This document shows positions 8,826 through 17,311 of a stretch of DNA of 32,000 nt, in pieces. Location of the stretch: positions 53,487 through 85,486 of the forward strand of contig JACZTB010000001.1 in the NCBI GenBank assembly GCA_022573895.1, read 5' to 3'. Below the pieces are notes generated by a model. That model was given only the letters and a program-made list of their open reading frames with translations, did not search any database and was not told the DNA's origin. The stretch comes from Nitrososphaerota archaeon (lineage in GTDB: Archaea; Thermoproteota; Nitrososphaeria; Nitrososphaerales; Nitrosopumilaceae). The position numbers and the translations under genes are program-made. Within the stretch, counting starts at the first letter, position 1, and each line of letters opens with the position of its first letter.

Positions 8826-9257
8826 ATGAGTGGACACTCTAACTGGCCTGAATGGATATACATTGCTGTTGTGGTTGCATTAATGACATGGGTTGGAGCA
8901 GAAGCATGGAATGCAGAAAGACTTGTGGAAGAAGTTCCTGAAGGTGCTGAAGTAATCAAAGTAACTGGACAACAATGGTTCTGGACTTTTGAACATGAAG
9001 ATGGAACAATAGAAATTGGTGAACTGCATGTTGAAGTCGGAAAGGCATACAAATTTGAGATAATGTCAAAAGACGTTATCCACTCTTTTAATATTCATGA
9101 TTATGTTGTTTTGATGGATGCAGTTCCAGGTAGAATTAATACTGTCTGGTTTGCTCCAACTGATGTAGGAACTCATGATATTCAATGCAGAGAATACTGC
9201 GGATTGATTCACTATAACATGCGCGGAACACTATATGTGGAGGAACCATCATCTTGA
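8826..9257 (+). CDS. coxB: heme-copper oxidase subunit II (CuA cupredoxin domain, single TM helix)
   Basis: CuA ligand pattern is visible: H (VIHSF) ... CREYCGLIHYNM (CxxxCxxxHxxM). Confidence 0.85.
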   Translation: MSGHSNWPEWIYIAVVVALMTWVGAEAWNAERLVEEVPEGAEVIKVTGQQWFWTFEHEDGTIEIGELHVEVGKAYKFEIMSKDVIHSFNIHDYVVLMDAVPGRINTVWFAPTDVGTHDIQCREYCGLIHYNMRGTLYVEEPSS

Positions 9258-9306
9258 TAACATTATTATCACAACTTACTATTTTTTCTAGTGAGGGGAT
9301 AAAGTA

Positions 9307-10845
9307 ATGGTTTTAGAATTACAAAAGCCACGTCCAATTTGGCAAATTATGTTCTCAACACATCACACTGATATCGGTTTACTCTATCTAATTACATCAC
9401 TAGCATTCTTGTTCTTGGGTGGTTCATTAGCACTTGCAATTAGAATTGAGTTATTCTTTCCTAATATTGAAGGGACTGGACAATTTATTGCTGATTCAAT
9501 GACCTTTAACAGAATCTTTACTGTTCATGGTACAACACTAATCTTCTTGTTTATCATTCCTTTTGCATCTGCAGTTGGGAATTACTTTGTTCCAATAATG
9601 GTTAGATACAAAGACATGGCATATCCAAAACTTAATGCAATTGCGTTTTGGATGATTCCACCTGCTGCTGCACTCGTCTGGTTAGGCTTTGCAGACTTTA
9701 CATGGTATGCACAACCACCATACTCTATCATAAGTTCTCCAGGTCCAGCAGCTGACATGTGGATATTTGGACTAAAGATTTTGGGTATTTCATCAGTACT
9801 TGGTGCCATTAACTTTGTAGTTACAATTCTCAAATGTAAGCATCCAGACATGTCAATTGGGCAAGTCCCGCTTCTAGCTTGGTCATTATTGGTAACATCT
9901 GTGATTATCATTGTTGCAATTCCAACATTTGCAGCAGCACTCTTGATGCTACTAACTGACAGACTAGGTCTAAGTGGATTCTTCAATCCTGCAATGGGAG
10001 GAGATCCAATAGCATATTCACACTTGTTCTGGTTTACATTCCATCCTGAGGTATACGTCTTGGTGCTTCCAGCAATTGGCATGATGTATGAAATCATTCC
10101 AAGATTCTCAAGAAAACCAATCTACAGTTACAACTCTGGAGTCTTTGCGTTTGTATTGTTAGCACTTGTATCTTTCTCATCTTGGGGACACCACATGTTT
10201 GCAACCGGAATGTCATTTACCGAAAAAACAGTCTTTATGGTAGGAACTCTTGCAGCTGTTCCAGCATCTGCTATGCACGTGTTCAACTTTATTGCAACAA
10301 TGTGGAACGGCAGAATCAAATTCTCATCACCAATGATGTGGGCAGTTGGAGGAATTGCTTTGTTCTTCGCTGCAGGTGCAGGTGGTGTAGTTAATACCGC
10401 AATGCCATTAGACTTTGCAACACATGATTCATACTGGGTAGTTGGTCACTTCCACCTCTTTGTAATGGGTACTATTGCGTTTGCTTCAATTGGTTTTCTT
10501 TACTACATGTTCCCATATGTCACAGGTAGAATGTACAATGAAGCTTGGGGTAAGGCACACTTTGTCTTGTCCTTTGTAGGAACAATACTGGTGTTCTTTA
10601 CACAACACGTACTTGGTTTGTACGGAATGCCAAGAAGAGTTTTTGATTATCCTCCAATCCCAGAATGGATTGTCATGAACCAGATTGCATCTGTAGGTGC
10701 AATGATTATTGGTGTCAGTATGGTAATCTTCTTGGCTAACATGATTTATAGTTCAGGAAAAGGAGAACTTGCAAATACAGATGACCCATTTGGTCTAGGT
10801 GGAAAGTACTATTATCCATTTGAGGCAAAGAATCCACATCATTAG
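9307..10845 (+). CDS. coxA: heme-copper oxidase subunit I
   Basis: 512 aa, 12 TM. Hallmarks are WFTFHPEVYVLVLP, WGHHMF and VVGHFHLFVMG. Confidence 0.95.
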   Translation: MVLELQKPRPIWQIMFSTHHTDIGLLYLITSLAFLFLGGSLALAIRIELFFPNIEGTGQFIADSMTFNRIFTVHGTTLIFLFIIPFASAVGNYFVPIMVRYKDMAYPKLNAIAFWMIPPAAALVWLGFADFTWYAQPPYSIISSPGPAADMWIFGLKILGISSVLGAINFVVTILKCKHPDMSIGQVPLLAWSLLVTSVIIIVAIPTFAAALLMLLTDRLGLSGFFNPAMGGDPIAYSHLFWFTFHPEVYVLVLPAIGMMYEIIPRFSRKPIYSYNSGVFAFVLLALVSFSSWGHHMFATGMSFTEKTVFMVGTLAAVPASAMHVFNFIATMWNGRIKFSSPMMWAVGGIALFFAAGAGGVVNTAMPLDFATHDSYWVVGHFHLFVMGTIAFASIGFLYYMFPYVTGRMYNEAWGKAHFVLSFVGTILVFFTQHVLGLYGMPRRVFDYPPIPEWIVMNQIASVGAMIIGVSMVIFLANMIYSSGKGELANTDDPFGLGGKYYYPFEAKNPHH

Positions 10846-10854
10846 GAGAAAAAA

Positions 10855-11817
10855 TTGAGTCACGAAATAGATCACCCAGTATACAGAACAACTCCAGAAA
10901 GAACTGGAAAAATGATGATCATAATGTTAGGTATTTGCATTGTTGGTGCACTAATATTTTTTTCAATGTGGGACTCTTGGATTGCAACTCCTGCTCCAGT
11001 TGTAGCAATGATGGCTGGAGAAGCAGAACTTGCTGCACCAGCAGCAGCAACTGGAAAAATAATCACACAAGATCTTACATTTGTAGAATCTGATGATTTT
11101 AGGACTTTGGCATTTAATGCATTACCGGGTGAGGACGGTCATAATCCTGTAGTTCACATGAATGTTGGAGATACAATTATTTTTAATGTAGACAATGGCG
11201 GAATATCATTTCACGCATTTGGTGTTACAAAAGCTGATGAGGGCTTTGCAGGAATTATTCCAGGTAGTGAAATTGGAACTATGTCAAATGCATTAAAACC
11301 AGGAGAAGGCGGTTCTTCTGAATTTGTTGCAGGTGAGGAAGGAACTTACTACTACATCTGTACAGTTCCTGGTCATAGAGAACAAGGAATGGTTGGAGAA
11401 ATAATTGTAGGTCCTGCACAAGGTGGTTCTTCTGGTATAGCATCACCTCCAACAGGTGTATCTCATGAATTTACTTTGAACTTTGTAGAATCTGATGATT
11501 TTAGGACTTTGGCATTTAATGCATTACCCGATGAAGATGGTCATAATCCAGAAATTCGAGTTAATTCTGGTGATGAGGTAACCATTACTGCCAATAACAT
11601 GGGTAAAATGTTTCATGCATTTGGAGTTGTTTCAAACCCTGAAGACTTTAACAGTATAATTTGGGACTCTGCAATTGGTTCAATGTCAAATACATTGAAA
11701 CCAGGTGAGGGTGATAGTACTACTTTCACTGCTGGCGCCCCAGGAACTTATTACTACATCTGTACTGTTCCAGGACATGCATTACAAGGTATGCAAGGTA
11801 GCTTTATCGTAGAATAA
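10855..11817 (+). CDS. membrane-anchored tandem (two-domain) type-1 blue copper protein, plastocyanin-like
   Basis: N-terminal TM helix, then two about 134-aa repeats. Each carries the type-1 Cu ligands FHAFG ... YYYICTVPGH..QGM. Confidence 0.85.
   Translation: MSHEIDHPVYRTTPERTGKMMIIMLGICIVGALIFFSMWDSWIATPAPVVAMMAGEAELAAPAAATGKIITQDLTFVESDDFRTLAFNALPGEDGHNPVVHMNVGDTIIFNVDNGGISFHAFGVTKADEGFAGIIPGSEIGTMSNALKPGEGGSSEFVAGEEGTYYYICTVPGHREQGMVGEIIVGPAQGGSSGIASPPTGVSHEFTLNFVESDDFRTLAFNALPDEDGHNPEIRVNSGDEVTITANNMGKMFHAFGVVSNPEDFNSIIWDSAIGSMSNTLKPGEGDSTTFTAGAPGTYYYICTVPGHALQGMQGSFIVE
11080..11126 (+). repeat. 47-nt perfect intragenic direct repeat, copy 1
   Basis: TTTGTAGAATCTGATGATTTTAGGACTTTGGCATTTAATGCATTACC is identical at 11482-11528, a 402-nt period. 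Confidence 0.9.
11482..11528 (+). repeat. 47-nt perfect intragenic direct repeat, copy 2
   Basis: Identical to 11080-11126. It encodes FVESDDFRTLAFNALP in both cupredoxin domains. Confidence 0.9.
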
Positions 11818-11819
11818 TT

Positions 11820-12263
11820 TTGGCAATTCAATATCTTGCATTAGTAACAATGATTGTTTTGTATTCACTAATGTTTATTGGAGGATATATCTCAGCAGCT
11901 GGACTTGGCTTGACTTGTCCTGAGTGGCCATTGTGTCCAAGTGGAGTATTACCTACTGAAGAATATTTTATTGAATGGACTCATAGATTAGTTGCTGCTA
12001 CCACCGGCGCATTAGTAATTGCAACTATGATTGCATGTGTCATTAACAAGAATGCTGACTTGAAGATTAAAGTAACAAGCTCACTTGCGACTGTATTTGT
12101 TATTACTCAAATTACTCTTGGTGCTTTGGTAATTGATCTGAAATTGCATGCAGTTTTAGTTGCCATTCACTTGGGAATTGGAATATTATTATTTGCAATG
12201 GTGTTATTAACTACTTTATTTGCATTTAGAATCTCTAGAATTTCTGTAGAGTCTAAAGTTTAA
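11820..12263 (+). CDS. ctaA: short (4-helix) heme A synthase-like protein (CtaA/Cox15 family)
   Basis: 147 aa, 4 TM. CPEWPLCP motif, then conserved His in WTHRL and AIHLG. Abuts the oxidase genes. Confidence 0.7.
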   Translation: MAIQYLALVTMIVLYSLMFIGGYISAAGLGLTCPEWPLCPSGVLPTEEYFIEWTHRLVAATTGALVIATMIACVINKNADLKIKVTSSLATVFVITQITLGALVIDLKLHAVLVAIHLGIGILLFAMVLLTTLFAFRISRISVESKV

Positions 12264-12777
12264 ATTTTTTTAATTTTTTTGGCAAGTAAATATACCCAAC
12301 AACTACTGCAAGAACTAAAGCACCTACAGTTATTGAAATGAAGAAGATGTATCCAAATGGGTTTTGCGTTCCCATGTTGAACGTATAAGTTATGACTTCT
12401 TGATTTTCTCCAATGTCATACAAGTCAACCTTTACGATATGGTTTCCTGAATTTTTCCACACATAATCCAAGTCCCAATGAGATCCTTCTATGGATTTGG
12501 GAGGTATTGTATCTATTAGTTCTTCGTTATAGTAAATTCGAATTCCCATCCTAAATCTATCAACTTCTACATAGTCGAATCCCTCAGTTACTCTTACCAA
12601 AAATTGAGATGCTCCCCCAATTTCAGGAAACTCGGGTAATGTAGCTACCTGTACTCTATAACCTGCTTCAAATTTCTCTCCAGAATTAAACAATGAATGA
12701 GCATCAGCATCGACAAATACTGAGATTGATGATAGTAACAAAATAAAGAACAAAAAAAATGATCGTTTTTTAGTCAT
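12253..12777 (-). CDS. secreted beta-rich protein with C-terminal anchor
   Basis: 174 aa. Signal peptide ending VDADA|HS, and C-terminal NPFG + hydrophobic helix + KKLKKFKL. Confidence 0.55.
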   Translation of the reverse strand: MTKKRSFFLFFILLLSSISVFVDADAHSLFNSGEKFEAGYRVQVATLPEFPEIGGASQFLVRVTEGFDYVEVDRFRMGIRIYYNEELIDTIPPKSIEGSHWDLDYVWKNSGNHIVKVDLYDIGENQEVITYTFNMGTQNPFGYIFFISITVGALVLAVVVGYIYLPKKLKKFKL

Positions 12778-12872
12778 TTAGATTATTATTGAATTGGATG
12801 AATATATTATCAATCAATTTTTTACGCGAATCTACAAAACCTTTAAATCCTAAATAACGAGAATCTGATTCG

Positions 12873-13475
12873 TTGACCTTCGTCACAAAATCAATTGATA
12901 TCAAAGTACCAGTTGATAATGTTTTTACCTACTTTGCAAGACCAGAGCACATTTCTGACCAAATTAAAACTGATACAGTAGGCATGACAGTCATTCCAAT
13001 GGACATTAAAGAAGGGATGGGTGTAGGTACAACCTTTAGAATTATCGGCGACTTTAGTGGCAAACGTTTGGAGTGGGATTGTGAAACAACTGAATTTATT
13101 CGAAATGAAAAGATCTCTGCAAAGCAAATTGAAGGTCCTTTTAAGAGATGGCAGATTACAAATGAATTCAAATCATTAGGTGATAATCTTACTAGAGTTA
13201 CCATGTCAGTAGATTATCAGATGCCATTTGGTCCACTAGGAGCAATTTTAGATAAAGCAAAATTTGCAAAATCTGCTGAGAAAGGTATGGAGACTGCTCT
13301 TTACAACGTTAGAGGTTTACTAGAAGGAAATGGTTCAATTCCTGTATACATTACACTAGACGCATACAGAAAAATTCTTGTCGAAAAGAAAAAGATGAAT
13401 GATGTTCCAGTTTCTACTGTAATTACAGCAATTCTTGAAAAGTACAATGAAATAGAAGCTAAAACACAAAACTAA
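12873..13475 (+). CDS. SRPBCC (START/polyketide cyclase-like) domain protein with extra C-terminal helical tail
   Basis: The N-terminal ~150 aa fit the SRPBCC pattern (SIDIKVPVDNVFTYFARPEH...). The C-terminal ~45 aa (IPVYITLDAYRKILVEKKK...VITAILEKY) look ribbon-helix-helix-like. Confidence 0.65.
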   Translation: MTFVTKSIDIKVPVDNVFTYFARPEHISDQIKTDTVGMTVIPMDIKEGMGVGTTFRIIGDFSGKRLEWDCETTEFIRNEKISAKQIEGPFKRWQITNEFKSLGDNLTRVTMSVDYQMPFGPLGAILDKAKFAKSAEKGMETALYNVRGLLEGNGSIPVYITLDAYRKILVEKKKMNDVPVSTVITAILEKYNEIEAKTQN

Positions 13476-13501
13476 ATTTTCCTATATTTTATAATCTTAA
13501 G

Positions 13502-13509
13502 ATTAATAA
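13502..13509 (+). promoter_or_regulatory. TATA-like box for tRNA-Lys
   Basis: ATTAATAA, 26-33 nt upstream of the tRNA 5' end. Confidence 0.35.
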
Positions 13510-13534
13510 CAACTCTGAGTTTATCGATTTTGGT

Positions 13535-13608
13535 GGGTCTATGGCGCAGCCAGGTAGCGCACCGGACTCTTAATCCGGTTGTCGAGGGTCCGAATCCCTC
13601 TAGACCCG
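13535..13608 (+). tRNA. tRNA-Lys (anticodon CUU)
   Basis: Clean cloverleaf: GGGTCTA/TAGACCC acceptor, GCGC/GCGC D stem, CCGGA-CTCTTAA-TCCGG anticodon arm, GAGGG-TCCGAAT-CCCTC T arm. Confidence 0.9.
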
Positions 13609-13640
13609 TTTTTAATTTTAAAATTTTTTCAAATCTATAA

Positions 13641-13665
13641 AATTGTATTTAATGAAAATACAATT
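13641..13665. terminator. perfect 10-bp hairpin between convergent tRNA-Lys and the methyltransferase gene
   Basis: AATTGTATTT-AATGA-AAATACAATT, preceded by T-runs right after the tRNA. Function not shown. Confidence 0.3.
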
Positions 13666-13683
13666 CTAAAAAATAAATATGAA

Positions 13684-14256
13684 TTACAGTTTTTTTAATA
13701 GAGTAAATCGAGCTTTGTCAGGTTCTATATCTTCATGCATATCTACATCACTTACAATTTTTACCTTATAATTTATCCATCTTTTGTACATGTTACGAAA
13801 TTTATGATTTTCATCAATCTGTTTTTCTGTTTTTTCAAATTTTTCACAATTCATTATGTATTTCCCTGCTACTCTATACATTTCTGCGACTCCTTTTTCT
13901 AATGTATCATCATCTAAATAATTCAAGAGTTGATGTGTAAAAACAAAGTCTATTGAAGAATCCTCAAATGGTAAATCCGTAATTGCTCCTTTCTTAAAAT
14001 TTACACTAGGAAGTTTCTTTTTTGCTATATCTAAAGCATTATAGTTTAGATCGATTCCATGAATTTGGAATGTATTCGGAAATAGTCTTAAATCGATTCC
14101 AGTTCCACATCCAATCTCTAGAACACTTGTGCAGTGTAAAGAAGTAGCCAAATCCTTTGTAAATTTTGCAAATTCTTCATTGTATCTTGTTTCATTTTCA
14201 TTGGCATATTTATCCCAAAATTCCTTATTGTAATTCATATAGAATTTTTCAAACAT
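13684..14256 (-). CDS. class I SAM-dependent methyltransferase
   Basis: VLEIGCGTGID (motif I) and DFVFTHQLLNYL. Start trimmed to the ATG at 14256, because the track ORF's N-terminus overlaps a better upstream sORF in another frame. Confidence 0.8.
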   Translation of the reverse strand: MFEKFYMNYNKEFWDKYANENETRYNEEFAKFTKDLATSLHCTSVLEIGCGTGIDLRLFPNTFQIHGIDLNYNALDIAKKKLPSVNFKKGAITDLPFEDSSIDFVFTHQLLNYLDDDTLEKGVAEMYRVAGKYIMNCEKFEKTEKQIDENHKFRNMYKRWINYKVKIVSDVDMHEDIEPDKARFTLLKKL

Positions 14257-14278
14257 AGCTGTATTTGTTGCTAATTGT

Positions 14279-14440
14279 TTAGTGCTTACATTTGCATGGG
14301 ATGAGTTTTGTATCAAAAGTACAATCATGTGGCCCGTCTGATTTTCCCTGTGTTGGAATCTCCTTCATACAGTCTTCATGGCGCCCTTTTCTGCAAAACC
14401 AACAGATTTCCTGAGTATCACCTGTAGCACATGAATCCAT
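14279..14440 (-). CDS. 53-aa Cys/His-rich small protein (probable metal-binding), absent from the ORF track
   Basis: Hand translation gives MDSCATGDTQEICWFCRKGRHEDCMKEIPTQGKSDGPHDCTFDTKLIPCKCKH*. It has 7 Cys and 3 His, and is visibly more GC-rich than its surroundings. Confidence 0.5.
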   Translation of the reverse strand: MDSCATGDTQEICWFCRKGRHEDCMKEIPTQGKSDGPHDCTFDTKLIPCKCKH

Positions 14441-14481
14441 AATATCTAATCATTTTTGTGGGTAAAAAACTTCGTGGAAAA

Positions 14482-15396
14482 TTAGATAAATGTTAACCAT
14501 GGCAAGAATCTTTCATCTTTACCCATTACTACACTAGAAAACGATTTTTGTAATGCTTTTGTAATTTTACCCATCTTACCATTTCCAATCTTTACTTTGT
14601 CTACCTGCGTTACTGACTTTACTTCAGCAGCAGTACCTGTCATGAAAATTTCATCAGCTGTATAGAGATCATCTCTTTCTAGATCTCGTTCAATTACAAA
14701 GCCACTGTTTTCTTCAATAATCTGGATGATGCTGTCTCTTGTAATTCCTTCTAGTAATCCTGTTGAAAGAGGAGGTGTTTGAATAATATCGTCTTTTACA
14801 ATAAAGATATTCTCAGCACTTCCTTCTGCAACCTTTCCGGAATAATTTAACATAATTGCCTCATCATATCCATTTTCTAATGCTTCAATTCTTGCAAGTG
14901 CTGCATTTGAATAATTTGCTGCTGCTTTTGCTTGCATTGGTTGAGATCTTGAATCAATTTTTATCCAACTTGATACTTTACATTTTGCTCCAGAGAATTT
15001 ACCTGCTTTTGATTCTCCCATCTTCCATGCCCAACATGCAATTGAGACATCTACCTTATTTTGCGTGGGAGTTAGTCCCATCGTTCCATAACCATAATAT
15101 GCTAATGGTCTGATGTAACATTCTTTCAGTCCACTAGACTTTACAGTTTTTACTATAGCATTTGAAATTTCTTTTTTTGAGAATTGCATTTTCATTGAAT
15201 ACAATTTTGCAGATTTGAAAAATCTATCAACATGTTCTGGCAATCTAAATATCGCAGAACCATTTGGTGTGTTATAGCATCTAATTCCCTCAAAGATTGA
15301 TGTTGAATAATGTAATGCATGAGTTAGTACGTGAACTTTAGCATCTTTGAATGGCACTAGCTTCCCATTCATCCATATTTTGCCAACCTCTTTCAT
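14482..15396 (-). CDS. ilvE: branched-chain amino acid aminotransferase
   Basis: 304 aa. LHYSTSIFEGIRCY, YIRPLAYYG and EGSAENIFIVKD...TPP...LEGITR are class IV aminotransferase hallmarks. Confidence 0.9.
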   Translation of the reverse strand: MKEVGKIWMNGKLVPFKDAKVHVLTHALHYSTSIFEGIRCYNTPNGSAIFRLPEHVDRFFKSAKLYSMKMQFSKKEISNAIVKTVKSSGLKECYIRPLAYYGYGTMGLTPTQNKVDVSIACWAWKMGESKAGKFSGAKCKVSSWIKIDSRSQPMQAKAAANYSNAALARIEALENGYDEAIMLNYSGKVAEGSAENIFIVKDDIIQTPPLSTGLLEGITRDSIIQIIEENSGFVIERDLERDDLYTADEIFMTGTAAEVKSVTQVDKVKIGNGKMGKITKALQKSFSSVVMGKDERFLPWLTFI

Positions 15397-15493
15397 AGGA
15401 GAGAGAAAAAACTCTGCTAATTTAAAGAATTATTTTTTAATGTAGTTTTTTTAAATTTGTAAACTACATATCAGACAAATAACAAATCCTAGT

Positions 15494-15700
15494 ATGGAAT
15501 GGATTTTGGGTTTTACTGGAATAGTTCTTCTTCTAGTAGGCTTGGTTGGTCAAGCATTTGAAATGAGAAAGATTCGTTTGGCTACATACAAAGACGAGGA
15601 GTTAGCCTCAGCAAATATTTTCATGAATAAAAAGAACTTCAAGTGGTATGCGATACTTGGAATTGGAATAATTTTTTGGTATGTAGCTGAGCGTATGTAA
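15494..15700 (+). CDS. small two-helix membrane protein
   Basis: 68-aa ORF with two hydrophobic helices. No motif. Confidence 0.4.
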   Translation: MEWILGFTGIVLLLVGLVGQAFEMRKIRLATYKDEELASANIFMNKKNFKWYAILGIGIIFWYVAERM

Positions 15701-15761
15701 CATGAACTATATAGATCAGCTCTAAATACTAGAAAATTTAACATATAGTATCGCGTGTTTT

Positions 15762-15842
15762 GGGTAACGCCGGACTGAATCTAGATAATGGTCCAAGAAC
15801 AAACCCATGATGGCGTTTACAGGTGAAAGCCCGTAACGCCAC
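15762..15842. ncRNA. candidate structured RNA / regulatory element (GC-rich island)
   Basis: GTAACGCC occurs at 15764-15771 and 15833-15840. Both copies can pair with GGCGTTTAC at 15812-15820. An inner GGAC...GTCC stem surrounds the palindrome ATCTAGAT. The region is non-coding in all frames. Confidence 0.3.
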
Positions 15843-15850
15843 TCTTTACA

Positions 15851-17266
15851 TTAAACAAAATTAATTTTTGAAATCTCTTCGTGTATTGCATTAATGGCCT
15901 TGCTTATGTTGTCTTTTGCATCTTCTATAACAATAATTATTCGTGAAGTCTCTTCTTGTGCATCCATATTCAAAATGTTTAATCCTGATTCACCAATCTT
16001 TGTACTAGTCCTTGAAACAACTTGTTGAACCCTCCACATTTCATCGCCGATTAATGTAATTACTCCTCTATTGTATGTAATTGTAGCAAGAGAATCAAAT
16101 CCCAACAAATATTTTTCATTTCTTTTAACATAATCTCCATCTAAGAACAATATTCTAGAGAACTCTATTCCATCTTTTGTAAATGGTGATAAAATTATAA
16201 ACTCACTGTAACGTTTGTCTTTTTCTAATGATGTTAACAATTTTTGGATACAACTTGTTTCAATTCTGAAAATTGCACAATTTTCTTTTCCTGCAACTAT
16301 CTTAATTGGATGTCCTTTTTGTTCATCTAATACTCTCTTTATTATGGTTACTTTTTCTGGATTTCTCATATTTGTAACAGTAATTGGCATATCGACTCCA
16401 TTCTCTACAATTTCTTTTATTGCAATAGGATCTAAAATTTTCATTCCAAACATTCCTGCTAGTCTTGCTTCATTGTATGACAATTGAATTACTTCACTTA
16501 ATCCTGATTTCACAATTTTTGGATCGGCAGAAACTACAGCACTATCTTTCTCAAAGTCTATACTGGTTTCATATTTTTTATGAAATAATATTCCTAGATC
16601 TGCAGCAGTCCTATCTGAGCCTCCTCGTTCATATGTAGTGGTTACATTATCTACTGTTTTTCCGATAAATCCTCCAATCGAAACTACTTCATTTTCTTTT
16701 ACCAGTTCTGCTATTTTACCCATTTTTTCTCTAGATTCTGATATGAGAAAATTTGTTGATTCTATGTTGTTATCTGTAATAATTGGCCAATTATCAAATT
16801 TTACAGCATCTGTCTTTATGCCATTACTTCTTAGAACAAAGTTCATCACATGAGACATTAAGATTTCTCCAGAGAATGCTAATGCTCTTGAACGTATCTC
16901 ATCTGCAAATTCTTTGTTCACAAATGCCTCATCAAGTGCTTTTTGTGTCTTTTCTAAATGTGAATCAATAATACTTGTACAGTCTTCTTTATTTTCTGTA
17001 TTTACCATTTCCAGAATTTTTTGATAAGTTGATTTTACAATATCTATTGATGGATTAACTCCATTCTCTGCATTTTTACCTTGTTCTAAAATAACATCCG
17101 TCAGAGAACGCATTTTTCCATCATACATTGTTGATGGAGCTGAAAAAACAGCAATTACTTTGGAATCTTTTTTCAAATCATTAATTCGTTTAACAATTTC
17201 TGGAATAGATACTCCATCTGGACCTATTGCACTTCCACCAAATTTGACTACTACTAGCTTTGTCAT
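15851..17266 (-). CDS. aspartate kinase
   Basis: 471 aa. KLVVVKFGGSAIG amino-acid-kinase N-terminus, GGSDRTAADLG, and C-terminal ACT-like repeats. Confidence 0.85.
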   Translation of the reverse strand: MTKLVVVKFGGSAIGPDGVSIPEIVKRINDLKKDSKVIAVFSAPSTMYDGKMRSLTDVILEQGKNAENGVNPSIDIVKSTYQKILEMVNTENKEDCTSIIDSHLEKTQKALDEAFVNKEFADEIRSRALAFSGEILMSHVMNFVLRSNGIKTDAVKFDNWPIITDNNIESTNFLISESREKMGKIAELVKENEVVSIGGFIGKTVDNVTTTYERGGSDRTAADLGILFHKKYETSIDFEKDSAVVSADPKIVKSGLSEVIQLSYNEARLAGMFGMKILDPIAIKEIVENGVDMPITVTNMRNPEKVTIIKRVLDEQKGHPIKIVAGKENCAIFRIETSCIQKLLTSLEKDKRYSEFIILSPFTKDGIEFSRILFLDGDYVKRNEKYLLGFDSLATITYNRGVITLIGDEMWRVQQVVSRTSTKIGESGLNILNMDAQEETSRIIIVIEDAKDNISKAINAIHEEISKINFV

Positions 17267-17311
17267 GGTACTTTATCAAAATTCAACGGCTATCTATTAA
17301 GCATTTGATCG

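Noticed and set aside
8821-8828. The possibility that the 94-aa ORF and oxidase subunit II are one gene broken by a frameshift (pseudogene).
   Set aside because: Subunit II has its own ATG, its own TM helix and intact CuA ligands. The stop-AA-ATG spacing is normal operon coupling. All other oxidase genes are intact, so I treat them as two genes.
14257-14328. An N-terminal extension of the methyltransferase ORF.
   Set aside because: It overlaps the better-looking Cys/His-rich sORF (14279-14440) in another frame. The extension sequence is non-descript, and the internal ATG at 14256 gives a normal methyltransferase N-terminus.
15762-15842. C/D-box sRNA, tRNA or riboswitch identity for the GC-rich element.
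   Set aside because: ATGATGG (C-box-like) and CTGA are present, but in the wrong order and without a second box pair or terminal stem. No cloverleaf can be drawn. It lies 3' rather than 5' of aspartate kinase, so an amino-acid riboswitch reading is unsupported. It is kept only as an unclassified structured candidate.
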